Shown: positions 18,233 to 27,420 of the stretch, piece by piece
Layout of the letters: each line of letters begins with the position of its first letter
How positions within the stretch are numbered: the stretch's first letter is position 1
Virus record (IMG/VR): IMGVR_UViG_3300043432_000238
Coordinates: 15,333 to 79,332 of that record
Length of the DNA: 64,000 bases
Direction: 5' to 3' (one strand)
Source of the DNA: a virus
Lineage: Duplodnaviria > Caudoviricetes
Translations under genes and position numbers: made by a program
Notes under the pieces: model-generated
What the model saw: the letters and a program-made list of their open reading frames with translations, nothing else
Database searches by the model: none
Told to the model about the DNA's origin: nothing

Positions 18233-18603
18233 TGCAGCGCATGCGATTCGACATCAATACCGATACTGGAACGCAGGGCGATACCGGTCCGGTTTTTTCC
18301 GGCATCATTCGCCAGATGGGCTGGGCACCAACGGTTAGCGATACTGGTGCCGCACTCTACGTAGCGTTAATCAACGCTCAAGGCGATACTTCCGGCGGTC
18401 TCACGCTCGTCAATGATGAGGACAGCCTTGGTGCCAGCTTTCTTCGCGCACCGGTCATCCCCGGTACTTCACCCGATGGTTTTGACACTGGTGTAGACCA
18501 GTATTTTCCGCCGGTCGCTGCGGGTGGCCGGCTTCGTATCAAAGTAACACCAGCAAGCGCTGGAGTCGCCGGCAAGCTGTACGTCTGGGCTGACAACGGC
18601 TGA
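18229..18603 (+). CDS. Putative virion protein, DTG-rich
   Basis: 124 aa, beta-rich, 4 DTG plus 1 DTS; coupled to terS. Confidence 0.75.
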   Translation: MMQRMRFDINTDTGTQGDTGPVFSGIIRQMGWAPTVSDTGAALYVALINAQGDTSGGLTLVNDEDSLGASFLRAPVIPGTSPDGFDTGVDQYFPPVAAGGRLRIKVTPASAGVAGKLYVWADNG

Positions 18604-18634
18604 TAACAGACATCTCCTGGGAGATGATTGAATT

Positions 18635-19021
18635 ATGGCGGTAATAAATTATACGATTGAGCAGAATGTTCCCGAAGGCTGGGTCAAACTTACTTGGAAC
18701 TTTTCTTCGTCCGGCGAAGTGTCACCATTTCCCAATCAGGACGAAGGGCAGGCTTTTGATTGCGATGGCCTATTGGTTAGCGCAGCCGTTACCTCAGGTG
18801 ACTTCGGCGGAGTGAATGACAACGGTAAGATCGATGTTCTAGGAAGCCATTTGGTTTCTCCCGCTAACTTTTTCTCACTATTCACGTTTGATCGCACGAC
18901 TGGGGAAAGTTTCGGCATAAAGCCACAATTGAGTGTTCCCTCCTACCTACAGCAAATAAAACCGACCTATAACAGGAACAATAGAGCGGTAAGTCTTACA
19001 GTGTTGCTGGTCCGCACGTGA
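18635..19021 (+). CDS. Small beta-sandwich-like protein, paralog 1 of 3
   Basis: INYTIEQN...VKLTW...DEGQAFDCDGL shared with 29059 and 30112; AT-richer DNA. Confidence 0.75.
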   Translation: MAVINYTIEQNVPEGWVKLTWNFSSSGEVSPFPNQDEGQAFDCDGLLVSAAVTSGDFGGVNDNGKIDVLGSHLVSPANFFSLFTFDRTTGESFGIKPQLSVPSYLQQIKPTYNRNNRAVSLTVLLVRT

Positions 19022-19062
19022 TCTCCCGTCTTTCTTACACGCATACAAAAGACTAACCATTA

Positions 19063-19623
19063 ATGCTCCACATCGTCTCCGGCTTCATGCGCTGCGGCAC
19101 ATCGATGATGATGCAGGCGCTGGAGGCTGGCGGCTTGGCAGCCGTCTATTCCACCCGGCGCGACGAGGAAATGAACGCCCGCTGGGGCGAGGCCGACTAC
19201 AAGCCCAATGATAGCTATTACGAGCTGGACGGGGAGGATTATCTGCGCGGCGATCTCGAGCAGCGCTATCCCGGCAAGCTGGTGAAGTGCCTGTGGGGCG
19301 GCGTTCTGCGCATGCCGCCCGGCGATTACCGCATCGTCTTCATGCGGCGCCCGGCGTCGGAGATCCGCGTCTCGCTGCTGGCGTTCTTCGGCACTGACTA
19401 TGCGGCGGCCCGCATCCCCGATCTCGACCGGTCGATGGACGGCATCGTCGAGGTGCTGCGCGACCGCAGATCCTTCCGTTCCGTCGACGTGCTGCACTAT
19501 CGCGATGTGCTGGCAAATCCATTTGCCGCATTCACCTCGCTGAAAGCGAGCGGATGGCCGATCGATGTTGCTGCCGCTGCCGCTATCCCGTCTCGCCAGA
19601 AGGCGCGCTTCAGCCATGCGTGA
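19063..19623 (+). CDS. Sulfotransferase-family protein
   Basis: IVSGFMRCGTSMMMQALEAGG matches the 5'-PSB loop; IVFMRRP...IRVS matches the 3'-PB region. Confidence 0.8.
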   Translation: MLHIVSGFMRCGTSMMMQALEAGGLAAVYSTRRDEEMNARWGEADYKPNDSYYELDGEDYLRGDLEQRYPGKLVKCLWGGVLRMPPGDYRIVFMRRPASEIRVSLLAFFGTDYAAARIPDLDRSMDGIVEVLRDRRSFRSVDVLHYRDVLANPFAAFTSLKASGWPIDVAAAAAIPSRQKARFSHA

Positions 19624-20872
19624 GATCGAGGCCAAGCGGACGCCGTGCTCCAAGACCTTCGATCTCGGCGACGGCCGGCACCGGCTAGATGTCGGCCAGC
19701 AGCCAAAGCATTATGAGCAGGACGGCCGGCTGCTCGACATCGACCTGACCCCGGAGTTCGACGCCGTCCGCGGCTGCCATGCGCTGCGCAACTGCCCCTA
19801 TGCGCTGCAGGTCGCCCACGATGCGCCGGCCCATGTCTACAATTCCCGCAGCGGCAAGCGTGTCTCGATCGAACTCGTCACTGAAGCCAGAGGCGCGCTC
19901 GCCGAGGGCGGCCTGTTCAAATGGGGTGAGGTCGGCCGCGACACCGATTACATCATCCAGCCACTCCCCGGCGGCTGCGCAACGCTGCTCGTGCTGAACA
20001 CGCCATCTGCGCCGCGTGAGTGGTCATGGCGCGTCCAGGGTGACATGGACCTGATCGTGCCGTTGGTCGGACAGGATAGCGCCAGGCGGCGTCTGGAGCT
20101 GATCGAGACGCGCGACCCTGCCGCCTGCATCATCGCGGTCCGATGGACTGGCCGCACGATGGTGCCGCGAGAGCTCAGGCGGCAGAAGCAAACCGTCTGG
20201 ACGGATGACGTCACCTGGCCGGTGGTCATTGACCCAACGGTCAACGAGAACATCGCCGCCAATGGTGACGACGTGTGGTCTTACTGGAAAAACAACGGGG
20301 CAACATTCAGTTCCTTCAATGCGTATCCGCGATCATACCTTTACGCGGGCAGGGCCAACGCAGCTCGAAGCTATGCAGGATTGCGTTTCCAGACGATCGC
20401 AATTCCGGCCGGTTCTACCGTCAACTCGGCGACATTGACGATCCGCGTCACGGGCGTCACCGGCAGTCCCAATATCAATATATTTGGCAACGCTGTTGAC
20501 GATGCGGCAGCTTTCACCTCGCCGGCCAACCGCATCAAGGCCATGACCAAGACTTCGGCTTCGGTGAACAAGACATCCTGGACGAATGGTGCTGATAACG
20601 CCATTACGGTTACGAGCATCATTTCGGAACTGCTTGGAAGGGCCGGCTGGGCCTCCAATAACGACGTCGCGCTCGGGTTTTTCAACAATAGCGGCGCTAG
20701 CGTGAACTTCGTGAAATTCGCCGCGCTTGAGCACGCGACGCTCACCGAGGCCCGCCTTTCAATCGACTACACGGCAGGCGGCGGTGGCGGCGGAACGGTT
20801 CTCGACCACTACGCCGACAAGGAATTCCAGAGCAGCCGCTTCGTCAAACCGAGGTTCCTGATCCGGCAATGA
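19616..20872 (+). CDS. Protein with an RHS-type N-terminal region and a C-terminal DNRLRE-like carbohydrate-binding domain
   Basis: KRTPCSKTFDLGDG...PKHYE...IDLT; IDPTV...LYAG...AGLRFQTIAIPAGSTVNSATLTIRV. Confidence 0.65.
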   Translation: MREIEAKRTPCSKTFDLGDGRHRLDVGQQPKHYEQDGRLLDIDLTPEFDAVRGCHALRNCPYALQVAHDAPAHVYNSRSGKRVSIELVTEARGALAEGGLFKWGEVGRDTDYIIQPLPGGCATLLVLNTPSAPREWSWRVQGDMDLIVPLVGQDSARRRLELIETRDPAACIIAVRWTGRTMVPRELRRQKQTVWTDDVTWPVVIDPTVNENIAANGDDVWSYWKNNGATFSSFNAYPRSYLYAGRANAARSYAGLRFQTIAIPAGSTVNSATLTIRVTGVTGSPNINIFGNAVDDAAAFTSPANRIKAMTKTSASVNKTSWTNGADNAITVTSIISELLGRAGWASNNDVALGFFNNSGASVNFVKFAALEHATLTEARLSIDYTAGGGGGGTVLDHYADKEFQSSRFVKPRFLIRQ

Positions 20873-22029
20873 CCATCAATTTCGGCAAGCGCAACGGCGG
20901 CGCGCTGACGGCGGCCTCTCCCGGCGACACGCTCTACATCCCGCTGAACTTCTACAACGACAGCGGTGCGAGCATCAGCATCGGCTCATCGCTCGCCGTC
21001 ACCGATATCGAGGTGTTCAAGAACGGCGGCGTCGCCCAGCGTGCGACCGACAGCGGCTATGCGATCCTCGGCGACACCGGTAATTTCGATGAGCGGATCG
21101 GCTTCAAGGGCATCTCGATCTCGCTGTTCAACACGGCCGACGATCCAAGCTTCTATGCGGTAGGGTCAAGCTACTGGGTGGCGATCGACAGCGTCACGGT
21201 CGATGCGCGCACGGTGCGCTTTTTCCCGGCGGTGTTCGAGATCGGCGAGCCGCGCGCCAATGTCGTGCAGGTGAACGGCGACACCGGCGCCGCCGACGTG
21301 CTGCAGAAATTTGCCGGTACGGCTGGCACCTTGTCCCCGACCGGCGGCCTCGATACCGGTTCCGTCGACAACAACAGCTATCTGACGGCCGATACCAAGC
21401 GCATGAGCGGCGACACGGGAGCCGCCGACGTGCTCAGGCAATTTGCCGCGACCAATGGCACACTATCGCCCACGGGCGAGCTGGATACGGGATCGGTCGC
21501 CAACAATTCCTATCTGCCGGGAAATGTGATCCGCTGGCTCGGTACCGCCGCCGCCGCGCCGACCTTGGCGGGCGTTCCGAAGGTAGAAGTTTCGTCCTTC
21601 GCCGATACGGGCATTCAGGACCGGCTCAACAAGATCGCATCTGACACGGACACCGGCATCAAGGACGGCGTGTGGGATAGCGCGACACGGACGCTGACAG
21701 CCAATACCAACCTGTCCGGCCTGCAAGTCAGCGTCACTGCTTTCTCCGACACTGGCGTCAACGACCGATTGGCGAAGATTCTGGCGGATACCGACACGGG
21801 CATCCAATCCAGCGTCAACGTCACCAGCTTTGCCGATACCGGCGTCAATCAGCGGCTTTCCGCGATTGCAACGGAAGTCGCCACCGTCGATACGGCGACC
21901 AGCGCCATCAAGGCCAAGACCGACAGCCTGACCTTTACCGTGGCTGGCAACGTCGACGCCAATATCCAGCGCGTCAACGACGTTGCCGTCTCGGGCACTG
22001 GCGCGGCTGGCGACGAGTGGGGACCATGA
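20869..22029 (+). CDS. Fibre-like virion protein with internal repeats and 10 DTG motifs
   Basis: Two 44-aa-period repeats and three FxDTG repeats; C-terminal NIQRVNDVAVSGTGAAGDEWGP. Confidence 0.75.
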   Translation: MTINFGKRNGGALTAASPGDTLYIPLNFYNDSGASISIGSSLAVTDIEVFKNGGVAQRATDSGYAILGDTGNFDERIGFKGISISLFNTADDPSFYAVGSSYWVAIDSVTVDARTVRFFPAVFEIGEPRANVVQVNGDTGAADVLQKFAGTAGTLSPTGGLDTGSVDNNSYLTADTKRMSGDTGAADVLRQFAATNGTLSPTGELDTGSVANNSYLPGNVIRWLGTAAAAPTLAGVPKVEVSSFADTGIQDRLNKIASDTDTGIKDGVWDSATRTLTANTNLSGLQVSVTAFSDTGVNDRLAKILADTDTGIQSSVNVTSFADTGVNQRLSAIATEVATVDTATSAIKAKTDSLTFTVAGNVDANIQRVNDVAVSGTGAAGDEWGP

Positions 22030-22250
22030 CCACGACCATCACGCGGAGGGTCGCGGAGCCGCCGGCAGCCGGCAACACGGCGCGCGTGGCTGGCGTCAAA
22101 GGCTTCACCCACGACGCCTGGGGCGGTCACTGGGGAACGTCCTGGGGACTGACGTGGACGGTTCCGTTCACCTTCGGTGAGCTCGGCCTCTCCCGGCGGA
22201 TAACGGCCGACGCTTCGACGAACAACACCAAGCGCATTACGGGGATCTGA
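22026..22250 (+). CDS. Small Trp/Gly-motif protein
   Basis: AWGGHWGTSWGLTW; coupled to the fibre-like gene. Confidence 0.65.
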   Translation: MTTTITRRVAEPPAAGNTARVAGVKGFTHDAWGGHWGTSWGLTWTVPFTFGELGLSRRITADASTNNTKRITGI

Positions 22251-22251
22251 C

Positions 22252-22455
22252 ATGGCTGGAAAGCCTGAGAAGTTCATGGCCAAGGCCGTACCGCCATCGC
22301 ATCGCGGCCTCTTCACCGCCAAGGCCAAAAAGGCCGGCATGACCGTCGCCGGCTTTGCGGCCAAGACGCTGGCTGCCGGTTCCAAGGCCGATACCAGAAC
22401 CAAGCGCCAGGCGGCCTTTGCCAAGGCTGCGGAGAAGATCGCCAGTGATCGCTGA
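22252..22455 (+). CDS. Small Lys/Ala-rich basic protein
   Basis: PSHRGLFTAKAKKAGMTV...KRQAAFAK. Confidence 0.75.
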   Translation: MAGKPEKFMAKAVPPSHRGLFTAKAKKAGMTVAGFAAKTLAAGSKADTRTKRQAAFAKAAEKIASDR

Positions 22456-23122
22456 TGTCTTGCCGCAACCATTGAGCCACGAAGAACTGCAAGGCATCGC
22501 CGGTGAGCCCTACGAGCCGCGCGGCATCCTGCATTCCGAGATGGCGCTGATCATCCACACCTGCCGGGCCTATGGCGTCGAGGTCGTGATCGAAAGCGGC
22601 CGGGCGCGCGGGCAGTCCACCTACATGCTGGCGACATATCTGCCGGACACCGAGATCCATTCGGTGGAGCTGCGCGGCTCGGCGGATGAAGAGTTTGCCT
22701 GCGAGCGTCTGAAGGATTTTGCCAATGTCGCGCTCTATAGCGGCGACGGGCGCGGCAGCCTGCCGCTGCTGGCGGCGAGCGAGGCGGGCGGGCGGCGGAC
22801 GGCCATTCTCTGCGACGGGCCGAAAGGCGCAGCCGCCGTCGAGGTGCTGAAAGACTGCTTCCGCATGAGCCATGTGCGCGTCGGCTTCGTGCACGACATG
22901 CGCAGGCTCGACCACGGCCAGCCGTCGATGCACCGTGCCGCGGCCCTCGCCGCCTTCCCGGCGGCCAAGTTTTCCGATGAGCCCGCGATCGTCGCCAGCT
23001 CGTCCTGGATGGATGCCAATATCCTCGCGAGCGGCGGCCCCTGCGGCCCGGCGCACGAGGCGGAGTTCGGCTCTTACGGGCCGACCATCGGGGTGTTCCT
23101 GAACCCCAGCTTCAAGCACTAA
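22445..23122 (+). CDS. Class I SAM-dependent methyltransferase
   Basis: VIESGRARGQSTYMLA...IHSVE...ILCDGPK...FVHD; GTG start chosen. Confidence 0.7.
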   Translation: MIADVLPQPLSHEELQGIAGEPYEPRGILHSEMALIIHTCRAYGVEVVIESGRARGQSTYMLATYLPDTEIHSVELRGSADEEFACERLKDFANVALYSGDGRGSLPLLAASEAGGRRTAILCDGPKGAAAVEVLKDCFRMSHVRVGFVHDMRRLDHGQPSMHRAAALAAFPAAKFSDEPAIVASSSWMDANILASGGPCGPAHEAEFGSYGPTIGVFLNPSFKH

Positions 23123-23159
23123 GCACTAAGCAATCGGCACAAACTAAGGACGTTTCTCT

Positions 23160-24038
23160 ATGACCTTCAGCATTCTGAAAGGCATTCACCGCCGTGCCTT
23201 GGGGCTCGGCAATGCGGGCGAGGTGGTCGCCCGCCACGGCGTGGTCGTCGGTGGCGACGACAAGCCGGCTATCTATCTTTCTGGTCCCGATACCGTGGCC
23301 TTGTTCGAGGACTTCACGGGACTGCAAGCCGGTGACACCGGCGAGCTGACGCTCCGCTATGGCCCCTCTCAGCTCATTATCGGTTTTTCCGACACGGGAC
23401 AGATCGTGCCTCGGCAAGGGCCCGTCGCTCCAGCCTCAGCACTCGCCAATGGCGTGTTTCGCCTGACGTCGTCCGCGACGTCGACGCAAACGCCCATCGG
23501 CGGCGCGCAGAGCCTGAACACGCCTGCGATCTGGAAGGCGAACCAGGGCCAGTTGTCGCAACCCTACGCAAGGCCGCTGCATTTCGGCGTTCGGCTGAAG
23601 ACGAACACGCTTGCCGGAAATAGCCTGTTTGTCGGCTTCACGGATTCTGGCGGTACCGAGATCGCCGCTTACGATACTGGTGGCGGCATCCTCACCCCAG
23701 CCGATGATTATGCCGGCTTCATCTGGTCAGGCGAAGGCGGTGCCACCCAGCAGGCTTATCGGGCCGTGACAGGCAAGGCCGGTGTGGACCAGTCCGCGAC
23801 GACCGGCGTCACGCCGACGGCCGGCGTCTACGACGTGCTCGAAGTCGAAGTCAGCCCGGATGGCGCCGTCGCTAGCTTCTTCATCAACGGCAAGTCCGTG
23901 GCGCAGATCACATCGGCGGCGCTCACTCCGACTGTAGCGCTCGGTGCCGGCGTATGGCGAGCCAACACGGACGGGGCGGCCGATGCCATCGATATCGACT
24001 GGATCAATGTCGCCGCGCCTCGGGATACCGGCACTTGA
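23160..24038 (+). CDS. Putative virion protein (lectin/jelly-roll-like), 4 DTG
   Basis: LFEDFTG...FGVRLKT...LEVEVSPDGAVASFFINGKSV...IDIDWI; beta-rich. Confidence 0.7.
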   Translation: MTFSILKGIHRRALGLGNAGEVVARHGVVVGGDDKPAIYLSGPDTVALFEDFTGLQAGDTGELTLRYGPSQLIIGFSDTGQIVPRQGPVAPASALANGVFRLTSSATSTQTPIGGAQSLNTPAIWKANQGQLSQPYARPLHFGVRLKTNTLAGNSLFVGFTDSGGTEIAAYDTGGGILTPADDYAGFIWSGEGGATQQAYRAVTGKAGVDQSATTGVTPTAGVYDVLEVEVSPDGAVASFFINGKSVAQITSAALTPTVALGAGVWRANTDGAADAIDIDWINVAAPRDTGT

Positions 24039-24054
24039 TCGGGTCAGGCCGCTA

Positions 24055-24678
24055 ATGTTGGACGCGATCATCGACGAAACGGCCGGCAGCCCCTCCCTGC
24101 CGGCCTCCACCCAAGTCAAGCCCACCGGCATCGCTATCCTCGGCTCGCATCCCCAGACCGTGGCGATGGCCCCCTTCGACAAGGCCGACTGGCTCATCTA
24201 TGCCTGCTCGCCTCACAATATCGAACTACGCACCTTGCCGCGCTGGGACCAGTGGTTCGAGGTCCACTTGCCCGTCCAGGACAAGACGCGTTCCTATCAC
24301 TATCTGCGCGGGCTCGAGGAACAGGCTCGCCAGAAGGAGGCGCGCGGCGAAGAACCCGTGATCTGGATGCGGGACAAGCTGGCCCTGCCGCATTTCCCGT
24401 GGGCGAACCCATATCCGGAAGCAGAGATGAAGCGGCTGTTCTGCCCGTTTCTATTCTCCTCCTCGATCGCCTTCATGCTGGCCAAGGCCATCACCGATTG
24501 CGAGGCGCAAGGGCTCAAGCAGATCGGCCTGTGGGGCATCCTGCAGCGCGGCCAGGGCGAGTATGAGAAGCAGCGCCCGGGCACGCAGTATTTCCTCTGG
24601 GAGGCGACGCGGCGCGGCATCAAGGTGCTGGCGGCGCCGGAGAGCGGTCTATTCGAGATCCCGCCGGAGGATTTCTGA
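24055..24678 (+). CDS. Maf/DUF115-like (GT29-fold-like) putative transferase
   Basis: IAILGSHP...WLIYAC...WFEVH...SSSIAFMLAKAI...KQIGLWGI...EYEKQRP...RRGIKV. Confidence 0.5.
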   Translation: MLDAIIDETAGSPSLPASTQVKPTGIAILGSHPQTVAMAPFDKADWLIYACSPHNIELRTLPRWDQWFEVHLPVQDKTRSYHYLRGLEEQARQKEARGEEPVIWMRDKLALPHFPWANPYPEAEMKRLFCPFLFSSSIAFMLAKAITDCEAQGLKQIGLWGILQRGQGEYEKQRPGTQYFLWEATRRGIKVLAAPESGLFEIPPEDF

Positions 24679-24683
24679 TCCAG

Positions 24684-24800
24684 ATGCTCGCGGACTTTCT
24701 TCTGTTCGCCGTGATCTTCCTGCCCGGAGCTTTTCTCGCGCTCTGCCTGCTGGCGAACTTCATCATCATGACCTGCCTCATCAGCAAGCGAGTGCGATAG
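24684..24800 (+). CDS. 38-aa membrane peptide, absent from the ORF track
   Basis: MLADFLLFAVIFLPGAFLALCLLANFIIMTCLISKRVR; fills the gap, and its TAG abuts the next ATG. Confidence 0.6.
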   Translation: MLADFLLFAVIFLPGAFLALCLLANFIIMTCLISKRVR

Positions 24801-25385
24801 ATGCTCTCCGTCACCGGTTATGGGTCGAAGATCATCGAGGAGCTGAAGCCGCTGCTGCCGGAAGGCGAGCAGATCGTCGCCTCGGCATGCGAGGGGCCGG
24901 TGCTGGAAGAAGCGCGCCGCTTCGTGCTCTGCGCCGGGCTCCTGCGTCCGGCACGGCTCGCCATGCAGACGCCGGAGGAAACCGCCGAGGCGATGGAGGT
25001 GAACGTCTTCAAGCCGATCCGGCTTTGCGAGCACATCCTCAAGCGCTTCGACGATGCCCGGATCTGCGTCGTCGGCAGCGAATCCGCCTTCACCTGGTCC
25101 TATGACGACGCCTATGCGGCGGCGAAGGTGGCGCTGCACCGCTATGTCGAGACCCGCAAGCTGACGCCGAAACAGCAGCTGATCTGCGTGGCGCCTTCGA
25201 TCATCGGCGATTGCGGGATGACGACGCGGCGCACCGACCTGGAGAACCTGGAGCGGCGCCGGCAGGAGCATCCGAAACGCCGCTTTCTCAAGGCCGCCGA
25301 AGTTGCGCGGCTCATTCATTTCCTGCTCTACGTTGACGAGGGCTATCTCTCGGGGCAGGTGATCCGGATGAATGGCGGGGTCTGA
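24801..25385 (+). CDS. SDR-family NAD(P)-dependent oxidoreductase
   Basis: VTGYGS, LCAG, VNV, GS, YAAAK catalytic motif, YLSGQVIRMNGG. Confidence 0.88.
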   Translation: MLSVTGYGSKIIEELKPLLPEGEQIVASACEGPVLEEARRFVLCAGLLRPARLAMQTPEETAEAMEVNVFKPIRLCEHILKRFDDARICVVGSESAFTWSYDDAYAAAKVALHRYVETRKLTPKQQLICVAPSIIGDCGMTTRRTDLENLERRRQEHPKRRFLKAAEVARLIHFLLYVDEGYLSGQVIRMNGGV

Positions 25386-25388
25386 CGA

Positions 25389-26099
25389 ATGCTTTCCGTC
25401 TGCTGCTTTCTCTGGGACGATCCTTCCCGCGAGCGCGACTACACCTTCGGCGAGGGCCATGTCGTCACGCTGCGCAACATGGTGGCGCGCCACCTACACC
25501 TGCCGCATGAGTTCGTCTGCGTCACCGACCGCACGCATATCGCCGAAGGCATCCGCTGTGTGCCGCTCGACGACCGCGTCCATGTCCCAGGCACGTGCGG
25601 GCGCAAGCTGACGATCTGGGCGCCGGACGCCGGGACACGCATCGGCACGCGCATCCTCAGTCTTGATCTCGACATGGTTATCGTCGACGACATCACGCCG
25701 CTGGTCGACCGGCCGGAGGACGTTGTGATGTTCCGCAATCCGAACTATGTCGAGGGCGGCCGGCGCGCCTTCTATCAGGGCTCGATCCAGCTCATGACGG
25801 CGAACAGCCGGCCGAAAGTATGGAACGTCCGTTTCCATCCGCACGCGCCGATGATCGTCAATCGCCGGTTCGGCGGCCACGAGCAGGCATGGCTCTCAGA
25901 GATGCTTCCCTGGACGGAGGCGCACTGGAGCGACGCCGACGGCATCTACGGCGCCGGCCGCGTCGGCGACTGGACGGATAAGACTGTGGTCGCCGAGCTG
26001 CCGCCTGGCGCGCGCATCGTGGTATTCCCCGGCAACCGCGAGCCGGGCCAGCCGCATGTGAAAGAGAAGTTTCCCTGGATCACGGAGCACTATGCTTGA
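25389..26099 (+). CDS. GT-A glycosyltransferase, paralog 1
   Basis: LRNMVARHLHLPHEFVCVTD; ILSLDLDMVIVDDI (DxD); YQGSIQL; HEQAWL; IVVFPG. Confidence 0.85.
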   Translation: MLSVCCFLWDDPSRERDYTFGEGHVVTLRNMVARHLHLPHEFVCVTDRTHIAEGIRCVPLDDRVHVPGTCGRKLTIWAPDAGTRIGTRILSLDLDMVIVDDITPLVDRPEDVVMFRNPNYVEGGRRAFYQGSIQLMTANSRPKVWNVRFHPHAPMIVNRRFGGHEQAWLSEMLPWTEAHWSDADGIYGAGRVGDWTDKTVVAELPPGARIVVFPGNREPGQPHVKEKFPWITEHYA

Positions 26100-26707
26100 C
26101 TGACGCCTTGATGGAATACCTGCCGCCCGCCCCGCCGATGCCCGCCCTCGCACATGGCGCCGGCAAATATGTCGGCCCCGTCGCCGCGAACTACGACGCC
26201 AAGCGCGAGCAGTCGCCGAAATGGCTCGCCGAGCAGGCCATCATCGAAGGCTGGCTCGATGAGATGCCGGAAGGCAGCGTCATCCTCGACGCCCCCGTCG
26301 GCACCGGACGTTTCCTGGAGGTCTACGCCCGCCGCAAGTTCGACCTCTACGGCCTCGACCTCTCCGCCGATATGCTGAACCAATGTGCGGCCAAGATGCC
26401 GCTCGGCTTCAGCGCCAAGCTGGGCCAGGGAAATGTCCTGAGATGCGGCTTGCCCGACGCCCATGTCGACGTCGCCGTCAACTGCCGCATCACCCGCTGG
26501 CTGTCGCCGGACGAGAACATCCTGCTCATGAAAGAGATGCAGCGCGTCTGCCGCAAGCGCATCATCTGGACGGCGCGCGTCGAGGGACACATCCACGCCC
26601 GCACCGTCGAGCTGTTCAAGAGCGCGCTCCATGGCTGGCAGATCACCCGCAATGTCGCCGGCTATGAGCCGGCCTACCGCATCCTGATGGCAGAACCGTC
26701 ATGCTGA
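26096..26707 (+). CDS. Class I SAM-dependent methyltransferase
   Basis: ILDAPVGTGRF...GLDLSADML...GNVL. Confidence 0.9.
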   Translation: MTDALMEYLPPAPPMPALAHGAGKYVGPVAANYDAKREQSPKWLAEQAIIEGWLDEMPEGSVILDAPVGTGRFLEVYARRKFDLYGLDLSADMLNQCAAKMPLGFSAKLGQGNVLRCGLPDAHVDVAVNCRITRWLSPDENILLMKEMQRVCRKRIIWTARVEGHIHARTVELFKSALHGWQITRNVAGYEPAYRILMAEPSC

Positions 26708-27420
26708 CCGTCGCCACCTATTTCTGGCAGCCTGATAGCGGCAGCAAGTTCGCCGCGCCCTATACGCCTGACGATGTACGCCGGCTGCAGCGCGCCGTGG
26801 CGAAGAACCTGACGCTGCCGCATCGCTTCGCCGTCATCACCGACCGACCGCAATTGTTCGCTGATGATGCCGCGATCACCGCCATTCCGATCGACTGGAC
26901 AACGCACGTCCCGCGCACCTGCTATGTCCGGCTGATGACGTTTCATCCCGATGGCGCGGCGATCTTCGGCGAGCGCATCCTGCAGCTTGATCTCGACACG
27001 ATGATCGTCGGCAATCTCGACGCCATCGCCTCTCGCGAGGAGGATCTCATTCTCTGGCGGAATTCCTGCTGGGGGCCTGCCTTCCCGAGCCGCGCGTTCT
27101 ACAACACGTCCGTGCTGTCGCACCGCTGCGGCACCGAGCCCTATATCTGGCGTCAGTGCGCGCGAATGACCGAAGCGGCGTGCAGGGCCCTGAAGGATGA
27201 CCAATGGTATCTTTCCGCCGTCGTCGGCAAGGAAGCGCCCTATTTCGATGGCGCCCGTGACGGCGTTTATCGCATCGCCCGCGAGGACACGCCGGGTTCC
27301 GGCGTCTGGGGGGCGCTGCCTAAAAACGCGCGGATCGTGACCTTCCCCGGATCTGAAGGCAAGGCTGACAACCCACGCGTTCGGGCTGGCAATCCGTGGA
27401 TCAGGGAGTTTGCAGCGTGA
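26701..27420 (+). CDS. GT-A glycosyltransferase, paralog 2
   Basis: LQRAVAKNLTLPHRFAVITD; ILQLDLDTMIVGNL; YNTSVL; DDQWYL; IVTFPG. Confidence 0.85.
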   Translation: MLTVATYFWQPDSGSKFAAPYTPDDVRRLQRAVAKNLTLPHRFAVITDRPQLFADDAAITAIPIDWTTHVPRTCYVRLMTFHPDGAAIFGERILQLDLDTMIVGNLDAIASREEDLILWRNSCWGPAFPSRAFYNTSVLSHRCGTEPYIWRQCARMTEAACRALKDDQWYLSAVVGKEAPYFDGARDGVYRIAREDTPGSGVWGALPKNARIVTFPGSEGKADNPRVRAGNPWIREFAA

